Source: Paecilomyces variotii
Taxonomy: Eukaryota
Assembly (NCBI GenBank): GCA_004022145.1
Contig: RCNU01000065.1
Reading direction: 5' to 3' (one strand)
Length of the DNA: 7,447 bases
Position 1 is the first letter of the stretch. Each line of letters begins with the position of its first letter. Below are positions 1 through 7,447 of this stretch, one piece after another. The notes below the pieces were generated by a model. That model did not search any database, was not told where the DNA came from, and saw nothing but the letters and a program-made list of their open reading frames with translations. Made by a program: the position numbers and the translations under genes.

Positions 1-350
1 AATAATTTATTATTAATACTCTGGGTTAATAGAGTTAATTCCTTTAAAATAAATACTAAGAAAAGAATAATAGTTATTTTTATTTATTAGTAGAGTAATA
101 AGCTTATTAAAATAGAATAATAGCGCTTCTTTAAGCTAAAGGCTTTTAAAGAGTATATTTACTAAAAACTTAGAATTTAAATTGCTTACTCTATATAATC
201 TTTTATTATCTTATACTACTTAATTTAATAGGACTAAGTTTAATAGTATATAAAGATATAATATAATGCTTTTTATTTTTTATAAATTATAGGGGAATTA
301 ATAGTTAACTAAAAATTTAATTATATAAGTAGATAATAAATGCTTATTAA

Positions 351-398
351 GTATTAAATTCTAACTTAGGTTAATTTTAAAATCCTTAATTTAAATAG
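351..398 (+). other. Intron-like segment (48 nt) containing palindrome 360-375
   Basis: AA|GTATTA start, AATAG end, typical fungal intron length. Branch site degenerate. Confidence 0.5.
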
Positions 399-1620
399 TT
401 CTTTTACTTTACTAATATAGTCTTAGGCTTTATAATAACTAAGGCTAGCAGGGCTAATTAAGGGCTTATTATTAACTATTATTATAATTTATTAGATTAT
501 AACTTATAAATATTATTTTTTTTTATTATTACAGATTATAAGTCTAGGTACTTATAATCTTTAATTAATACTTAGTTTTTTAATAAGTATTCTTTACTAT
601 AATTAAAAAATATTAATACTATAATTAAGGCAGATATATAATACCTAATATTTTTATTCTCTCTCTTTAACTAAGACTATATAGCTGTATAGAGAAATAT
701 TAGCGCAAATAAAGATATAACCTATCCCACTTAATAAGATTTAACTTAAGTTAGATCTAAAGTTTTTAACTAAACTAATATATAATAAAGATAAGTAAAT
801 AAAATTAAATAAATATATAATACTATCTATAAAGCAGTTATTAAAGTATATTACCTTCTAAATATATTTTAAGTAAATATATCCTCTAGCCGCATTAACT
901 GCTCTTAAAGATTTTAAATAGCTTAATACTCTTTATAAGATATTTTTTAAGGCTAGAGGTCTATATAAAAAAAGTAAAATTATAGAATTTCTTAATAATA
1001 CCGCAGTTATAATTAAGAAGAAGAGATATTTATTTAATAATCTAAAACTTATATATAAGATATTATTTAATCTAACCTAAGTTAGAATTAAATATATATT
1101 TATATTTTTATATATAGCTTAAGAAACTATCTGCAGTATTATAGGACTAAATTCTTAATAATTATAATAAAAAAAGTATTAAGATTAAATAAACTTATTT
1201 TAAATGCTTTTTATGCTATAATTAAATATATATTATACTTATATTATATAACTCTATAAGACTTATATTTATAAAGATTATAAAACTCTTTAATAATAAG
1301 GCAATAATAATAAGTTAATTATAATCTAACTTAAGTTAAATTATTATTAATTAACTCTATTATAAGAAGATAAATTATAGGCATATATAAATTTTAATAA
1401 AATTACCGCCTATATATAATTTAGAGATAATAGCTAAATTAAGAAAATTAGAGTCTTAAATAATAATTGCAGCTGCAATCTCCTTAAAAATCTAAATAAT
1501 ATTATTAATGCTATATAGCAATACTAATAGATTAAAGAATATTTAATTAAGATATTATATAATAAATAGGCAGAAAAACATATAGTAAATTTAAAGTTAA
1601 AAGACTTTATATAGACTAAA

Positions 1621-1667
1621 GTAAGTAGACTATAATCTAACTTAAGTTAATTACTAATATATTTAAG
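1621..1667 (+). other. Intron-like segment (47 nt) containing palindrome 1636-1651
   Basis: Canonical GTAAGT donor, TACTAAT branch-like site at 1652-1658, AAG acceptor. Confidence 0.65.
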
Positions 1668-1980
1668 CAAAGTAAGATAAATATATCTATATTTTATAAG
1701 ATACTATATTAATATTGCTAAAATATAAGTAGAAGCTTAATCTAGATAATATTAATAAGTTCCTTAAAATATATATACTTAATTTAATTAATAATATTAA
1801 GAAGTAGAAAAAGATATATAAGAAAATTAAATTATAAAAACATAAATTACTTTTTTTATATCTTAATAAGCAGTATAATCTAGTTAAGCTATAAAAGAAA
1901 GAAATTAAGAACTAATTAAATATATTTAAGAAGGTATTATTAAATCTTTTTAGCCTTAAAAAGAGAAGACTAAATAATAA

Positions 1981-2025
1981 GTATATATTCTAACTTAAGT
2001 TAGATTTTATAGTTATTAATCTTAG
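1981..2025 (+). other. Intron-like segment (45 nt) containing palindrome 1989-2004
   Basis: GTATAT (RIP product of GTATGT) ... TATTAAT ... CTTAG. Confidence 0.5.
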
Positions 2026-2102
2026 AAATATCTCTAAAAATTAGCCTATAAATATAATAGAGCAAAGTATAGCAGGTATAATAAAGTAAAATATAATAAA
2101 TA

Positions 2103-2183
2103 AAATAAAATAGAGTATAATAATAGATAAAATAAAATAGAGTATAATAGTAAGCGAAATAAAATAAAATATAATAAATTAAA
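2103..2183. repeat. 27-bp tandem repeat, 3 degenerate units (plus a partial unit from ~2083)
   Basis: AAATAAAATAGAGTATAATA at 2103 and 2130; AAATAAAATAAAATATAATA (G>A variant) at 2157. Exact period 27. Confidence 0.7.
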
Positions 2184-3364
2184 GTATTATTATTAACTTA
2201 CTCTAAGAGGCTAAGATTATAGTTTATTAATTTATCTTAGCTTAAGAATATAAAAAAATTATAACTAATATAAGAGAGCCTATAAAAGATTTATTTAAGC
2301 TATTTTCTCTTTTTTTTAATAAAAAAAAAGCTAAAAAGAAAATTAAATAAGGATTAAAAAATATATCTACCTTTAATAAGAGAGAAAAAAAAATAAAAAG
2401 TCTTAAGAATAAGATTACTTTTAGAAATAAGATAGCTTCTCTATTATTATAAATATTAAATATTCTAAATAAATTCTAACTTAAGTTAGATTTAGATAAT
2501 ATTTATTAGTATATAAGTTCTCTTCCTTAGTCTTATAAGCTCTAATATATTTTAAAATTTTAATAATAACTTCTCTTATTATAAGATAACTTTCTTCTCT
2601 TAATAATATAAAACCTTTATTTCTTATTATTATTTTAAGAGATAATAATTAAAAGATAGAAATAATAGAATAGCCGGGCTCTTATATAAATATAAAATAT
2701 TATATTATTTATCTTAAAACTTTTAAATATATATAAAAAGAATTCTAACTTAAGTTAAAATGCTATAGATATTATATTATTGTTAATACTATTATCTTCT
2801 AGTTTTTTTTTCTTACTTTATTCTAATATAGATATATTAAGATTACTAGGTCCTTTATTATAGTTTCAGAATTATATTATTTATATTCTTATAGAGACTT
2901 ATAAGACTCCTTTATCTTTAAATATTAATATCTAGGATATAAATTTTAATTATAATCTTATTAAATAATATAAGCCCTAATCTAAAGCTAATATTCTTAA
3001 CTTAACTAAACTTAAGATAATAAGATATAGTTAAAGAAAAGTTATTATCTATTTAGCTCTTCTAAAATAGATTTAGATTTTTAAATTTTAATAAAATAAA
3101 ATAAAGTTTATAAAATAGTAATCTAAGTTTTAATAAGTAAAAATAAAAACTTAATTATATATATAATAATATTATTAAGAAATTATAGATAATATTTCTA
3201 GCATCTTATATATATAATATTTATATTACTCTATATTTCTTTAATATCTTTATAAAAGAAGAAATAGCACTAGCTTAATAGCTACCTATATAAAAAGGGC
3301 TATATACTAATTTAGAGATAAGACTTAGAAAAATAATAATATTTAAAATATATTAATTATAAAG

Positions 3365-3413
3365 GTAAGAACTAGGTAATTAATATAGATTTTATTACTA
3401 ATATTTTCTTTAG
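3365..3413 (+). other. Spliceosomal intron 1 of transposase relic (49 nt, phase 0)
   Basis: AAG|GTAAGA donor, TACTAAT branch-like site at 3396-3402, TTTAG| acceptor. Removing it joins the BED-domain frame to the catalytic-domain frame, which are otherwise different frames. Confidence 0.8.
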
Positions 3414-4149
3414 AAAACTTTTAATCTAATATATATACTAGATATATTATATAATCAGATCCTATATTTTATTATAGAATATTACTAATTATTTTAAATA
3501 GTTAAATATATTTAGTTCTACTGTATATTATATATAGCTGCTAGTAATTTATATCTAGAGTTATTTAACTAATATTAGATTTAAGCACGCCTTTTTAAAT
3601 TTAAGGAGATTAATTATATTAAAATACTATTATATTTATTAGAGTAAGAAAAGATTTTTTTAGCATTAGATTATTAGACTAATTAAAGTTAATATTCTTT
3701 TCTTACTATAACTAGGTATTTTATTAATATAAAATAAGTATATAGAGAAGTACTCTTAGCCTTTAATCTTATTTATAAATTATATATTAGGAAAAACTTA
3801 GCTAAAATACTATTAAAAAATCTTTATTAATATAATCTATAATATTAGATTCTTACTATTATTATAAATAATATAAGTAATAATATTACCTTAATAGCGG
3901 AGCTAGATAAAAGCCTAAGAGATAAGCTTAAAATAGATTTATTATTAGAAGATTTCTAAGATATAATATTAATTAATTTATTTTAAATTGTTATTATATT
4001 CTATATTTAGTATATATTTTATAATTTATAGTTAATGCTTTACTAGGTAAACTTTATATTAATATTTTTATTAATAATAGTATTAGTTAGGATATAAAAA
4101 AGATAGAGGCCTATTATATCTTTAGAATATTCTAATATTATTAGAAAAG

Positions 4150-4200
4150 GTATTCTCTATTTAACTTAAGTTAGATTAATATTAATAGATTTCTATATAG
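4150..4200 (+). other. Spliceosomal intron 2 of transposase relic (51 nt, phase 0), contains palindrome 4160-4175
   Basis: AAG|GTATTC ... TATTAAT ... TATAG|G. Splicing gives contiguous LLEK|VHKIIRFINASPQR, the usual helix before the hAT SPxR motif. Confidence 0.75.
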
Positions 4201-4969
4201 GTTTATAAGATTATTAGATTTATTAATATAAGCCCTTAGTATTAAGAATATTTCCTAATATTATAATAATTAAGTATTAATTAGCTAAAATTATTACTTC
4301 TTAATTATTAGACACAATAGAATTTAATATATTTTATATTTATATATACCCTTAAACTATATGTAGTAATTAGACGATTTATTATATTATAGGCTAATAA
4401 AGATATTTATTTTCTGATATTATCCCCTATTAAATAGTATTAGGTTAAATATCTTATTAAGTTAATTTAGCTATTCTATAATCTTATTCTTACTATATTA
4501 AAGATAAATAGTCTATTAATTTATAAGGTTTTTAAAATCTATAATACTATCTTTAATTATCTTAATAACTATATAGAGCGTTTAAAATTAAAAAGAGCTA
4601 TATAGAAGATATAACTCTAAAATACTTTATTTAAAGCTTATAATAAGTTATAAACTTATTATGCTAAAATATATAAATCTTAAGGATTTATATATATAAT
4701 TATAATAATCCTTTACCCTAGTATAAAACTTAAATATTTTAAAACTTAAGTCTAGTAAGATATAATAAAAAACTAATATAATATTTATAAAAAGATTTTT
4801 TATAAGATATTTTAATACTATAATAATTAAAATCTAAATATTAAGGTATAATTAAGAACCTATTTATTAGTCTTAATCTTAGATTATATGCTTATATAAT
4901 CTAAATATTATTATCTCCCTTTAAGTACTACTAGTATTTATTAAGAAATTTAAACTTATTTTACTAAAG

Positions 4970-5032
4970 GTAATATTCTATTTAATATTATACTTAAATT
5001 ATATAATATTATTTTAACTTAAGTTAGATTAG
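4970..5032 (+). other. Spliceosomal intron 3 of transposase relic (63 nt, phase 1), contains palindrome 5013-5028
   Basis: AAAG|GTAATA ... TTAG|G. Splicing joins EIQTYF.E-G to ..DILDYWR, restoring the short E..Y...W spacing at the start of the hAT dimerisation domain. Confidence 0.75.
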
Positions 5033-5706
5033 GTTTATTAAAATTAAATAATATTCTTAATTATTAGAGAATTAATAAATACTAATTCCTAATTTTTATA
5101 ATAATAGCCTGAGATTTTTTTATAATCTTATTAAGTAATATTAGTATAGAATAATTATTTAATAGTGCCTAAAATATCTGCTATTATTAATATAGCTAAT
5201 TACTTTCTAATATAATCTATATTTTAATACTTCTTATATATACTAAAAATTTCACTATTTAGCAAGAGTTTAAGGCAATAATTAATAATATAGATATAAT
5301 ATCTAATAATTAATAATTTAAAAGAGGAGAGATTAAATTACTAAATCTAATTAGTAATAATAAGGATATAGATAATATATTAGAAAGAGAGATAAATATA
5401 AATAATAAAGATTATTAAATAAAGCAGTTTAGGGGTTAAGGTCTTTTAAATATTTAAATAGATTAACCTATTACTAAGTCTATTTATAATAAAGGAGAAT
5501 AATTAGATAAATTGCCTATACCTAGAGTTTCTATTATAGTAAGGAGAATTAGTATAAAGAATGTAATTAGTTAAGAGGTTATATACTTTTACTTAAAGTC
5601 TTTAAAAAGTCTATAAATAAAGTAGGAGAAGAGAAAGGATAGTAAAGAGATATCTTTTAGTTATTTAGAATAAAATAATTAGCTTTTCCTTTCTATTATT
5701 ATTTAG

Positions 5707-7447
5707 TATCAGTTCAGTATTAGATTATTATTAGTTTACTATATTAGTTTATAGCTAGAGCTTCTCCTCTAGCTTTACTCTAAGCTTTAAAGCCAAATAC
5801 CCTTTTTTTCTTTCTTAATACCTACTCACTTAAAGACTCTATATTAAGTCTTAATATATCTTCCTATAATAAATTAAAGCTAAATATAAGGGGTATTAAA
5901 ATATTAAATAAAAATAAAAAAGAAAGGAGAATTAGAAACTAAGATTAAAGCTAAAGCTGAGGAAAGAAATAAAAAATAGTAAAAAAATAAGTAAAATAGC
6001 TAAAAAAGATTACTACTATAAATAAAAAGAGATAAATATATCTCTTAAATTAGCAGAAATAGTAAATATAATATAAAATAAAAATATATATTAATAATAA
6101 GAGAAAGGAAAGACTATTAAATATAAAAAAGAGCTTAATAAATATAAAAGGGAAATAAAAATTTAAAAGGAATAAGAAATTATTAAATAAGAACTATTTA
6201 TTAAAAAGTAGAAGAATTTCTTATTATTATCTTTATTATTATTCCTTTAAAAAAATATAGAGAAAAGCACTAATCTTTTTAGTATTAGTTAAAATAAAAA
6301 GACTCTTAGCTTCTTAATATTACTAAATCTAAAGGTATAAATAGCTTAGGCATTTAAAAATATAGGACTATTAATAATATAGCTAATCTAGGTTATATTA
6401 GCTCTATAAATACTAATACTTAAAAATCCTAGGGTATTATATTTTAAAGGAGATAATATTATTTATTACCTAAGGCTTTTTAAAAAATTATATAAGGTAA
6501 ATTAATTCCTAAAAAAGGAAAAAACTAAATAGTTTATAGACTATTATAGCCTATTAGTATTATTATAAATAAATACTTAATCTAAATATAAAGAGAAAAA
6601 CTACCTAAAACTAGCAGAAATAATTAAATAAGAATATACTTACTATAATAAATACTAAAAGAAATATAATATTTAATAACTAAAAAGATTTAAAAATATA
6701 AAATATAATAGCTTTAAGAACCTAAAAAAATATAATTAAAAATATTAAGCTATATTAGAAGCGCTAATAACTTTAAATAAGTTAAGCTAATACTTATAGA
6801 GAATTTAATATTTTTAAAGACTTTTAAAAAAGCTTAAGTAATAAATAATTTAAGAGTTAAATATAGACTATTATATTCTATCTACTATTAAATATACTAA
6901 TTTTTATAAGGAAGTAATAAATAAAGTAAGAATAATTAAAACCTTTTATTATCTTAATAATAATAAACTAGAGAAAGATTAAGATATAATAGCTTTAATA
7001 AAAGAAAAGATAATTAAAGAAAATAATATATAATTTCTTATTAAATTTAATAAAACTTACCTAAATAAAAATAAGAATAAGATTAAATAATAGAGTATTA
7101 AAGTAAAGTTAACAGAGTAATTATAAATTAATTAATTAATAAAAAAGTTTAAGAAGTTAAAACTATATAATATATAGTATATAGGGAGGCCTAATAATAG
7201 TATACCTAATACTAGTATAAATATATAAGCTAAGATATCTTTAGAATTTAACCTAATTAGAAAATCTAAAATATTTCTAAACTTATATAACTTCTATTAA
7301 GCTTCTAATTATATCTAATCTTACTGCCTAGATTTAAAAAGCCTTTTAAATTAGAAGCTTATCTATTAGAGAGAAGACTATAAACTTTACTTTAGGCTAG
7401 AAAGATAGAATAAGAAGTTATTTATCTTATATAGGGAAATATATTAT
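5707..7447 (+). mobile_element. Probable 5' part (LTR/leader + gag) of an LTR retrotransposon
   Basis: Inferred from the gag relic. TATCAG at 5707 could be a RIP-altered TGTCAG LTR start, but no second LTR, PBS or TSD is visible, so the left boundary is speculative. Confidence 0.4.
6379..7447 (+). pseudogene. gag: Ty3/gypsy-type LTR retrotransposon gag relic (RIP-inactivated, runs off window end)
   Basis: De-RIP reading PYFEGDNITHYLRLFEELC...EEKAKRFVDYC...Y..L...IKQEY...D.YQ from 6437 resembles fungal gypsy Gag N-termini. CCHC knuckle C-x2-C-x4-H-x4-C (CNFCQAxDHIRSYC-PDL) at 7286-7327, last Cys TGC intact. Possible start ATA (<ATG) at 6379. Frameshifts present. Confidence 0.72.

Larger units (their letters stand above)
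351..2800 (+). pseudogene. Unidentified multi-exon gene relic upstream of the transposase (limits uncertain, may extend beyond window start)
   Basis: A series of + strand intron-like segments: 351-398, 1621-1667 and 1981-2025 with intact GT..AG; 734-790, 1055-1117 and 1310-1366 if the donor G was mutated to A. They are separated by 190-335 nt stretches with codon-like runs, e.g. 883-1053 reads PLAALTALKDF...KARGL...EFLNNTAVIIKKKR with one stop. No protein family recognised. Confidence 0.45.
360..5028. repeat. Dispersed 16-bp palindrome TCTAACTTAAGTTAGA, 10 copies
   Basis: Copies: 360-375 TCTAACTTAGGTTAAT; 740-755 TTTAACTTAAGTTAGA; 1071-1086 TCTAACCTAAGTTAGA; 1325-1340 TCTAACTTAAGTTAAA; 1636-1651 TCTAACTTAAGTTAAT; 1989-2004 and 2475-2490 perfect; 2744-2759 TCTAACTTAAGTTAAA; 4160-4175 and 5013-5028 TTTAACTTAAGTTAGA. 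Confidence 0.95.
2942..5673 (+). pseudogene. hAT-superfamily (Ac/Restless/Tfo1-like) DDE transposase, RIP-inactivated. Exons approx. 2942-3364, 3414-4149, 4201-4969 and 5033-~5673; both ends approximate.
   Basis: Motifs after reversing C>T/G>A. FxEWW at 3107-3121. BED-like VQCLHCxxLLQHP...TSSMATH at 3212-3289. KISLALDCWT...FLAITGYFID..W.YREVLLAF from 3651 (first D = GAT 3669-3671, intact). ILAITTDNASNN at 3849-3884 (second D, now AAT 3867-3869). HIPCLAHILQL (CxxH) at 3995-4027. FINASPQR from ~4219. DCxTRWNSTYLML at 4303-4341. YYAKT...ATILHP at ~4657-4719. YWR...FPILAAMARDFLAIP...GVERLFNSARDICHYRR at 5062-5193 (E = GAA 5149-5151, intact). Acidic ISDDED-like tail at ~5350. Two apparent 1-nt frameshifts near 3990 and 4115. 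Confidence 0.92.
1..7447. other. RIP-degenerated AT-rich fungal repeat region
   Basis: CA and TG dinucleotides are nearly absent and TA is abundant throughout. Expected Gln/Trp/Arg/Cys/His codons in recognisable protein motifs appear as TAA/TAG/TAT, i.e. mainly C>T and G>A transitions. This is the RIP signature of filamentous ascomycetes. Confidence 0.93.

Noticed and set aside
360-1086. Telomere-like TTAGG/CCTAA in palindrome variants
   Set aside because: Isolated pentamers inside the palindrome with no tandem TTAGGG array.
360-2759. CRISPR-like array (palindromic repeat with unique spacers)
   Set aside because: The repeat is only 16 bp, the spacing is 254-486 bp and irregular, no cas-like genes are present, and the context is eukaryotic (introns, RIP, hAT, gag).
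3006-3020. Possible extra palindrome copy CTAAACTTAAGATAA
   Set aside because: Only the AACTTAAG core matches, it needs non-RIP changes, and it lies in the apparent coding frame. Plausibly chance at this composition.
4742-4755. Possible extra palindrome copy AAACTTAAGTCTAG
   Set aside because: Flanks do not match without an indel, and it lies in a well-conserved transposase exon.
2942-5673. Intact gene using an alternative code (TAA/TAG = Gln)
   Set aside because: In-frame stops replace expected Trp and Arg as well as Gln, conserved Cys/His/Asp are also altered by transitions, and frameshifts are present. This fits RIP, not codon reassignment.
5600-5760. hAT terminal inverted repeat / 8-bp TSD
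   Set aside because: No matching inverted partner found within the window. The element ends probably lie outside it.
5753-5774. Hairpin AGCTAGAG-cttctc-CTCTAGCT
   Set aside because: A single 8-bp stem with no supporting context. Not interpretable as a terminator or TIR.
1-7447. Organellar, endosymbiont or Plasmodium-like AT-rich coding DNA
   Set aside because: No long ORFs, rRNA or tRNA seen. The AT richness is dinucleotide-specific (CA/TG loss).

Overview
This is extremely AT-rich (roughly 15-20% GC by eye) fungal (ascomycete) repeat DNA that has been heavily mutated by repeat-induced point mutation (RIP). CpA/TpG are almost absent, TpA is in great excess, and no long ORF survives. Reversing C>T/G>A changes by hand gives three relic parts, all on the + strand. 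(1) ~350-2800: an unidentified, probably multi-exon gene relic. (2) ~2940-5670: a hAT-superfamily transposase pseudogene with a BED-like finger, all three DDE motifs, CxxH, TRWNST, the C-terminal dimerisation motif and three introns. (3) ~6380-7447: a Ty3/gypsy-type gag relic with a CCHC zinc knuckle, probably a separate insertion. The most unusual signal is a 16-bp palindrome, TCTAACTTAAGTTAGA, present in 10 copies between 360 and 5028 and absent from the retroelement. Most copies sit inside short (45-63 nt) spliceosomal-intron-like segments. Two of these are transposase introns whose boundaries are supported independently by protein continuity. This suggests a two-gene hAT element whose introns carry a conserved palindromic site. 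All protein readings are manual de-RIP reconstructions, not database results.
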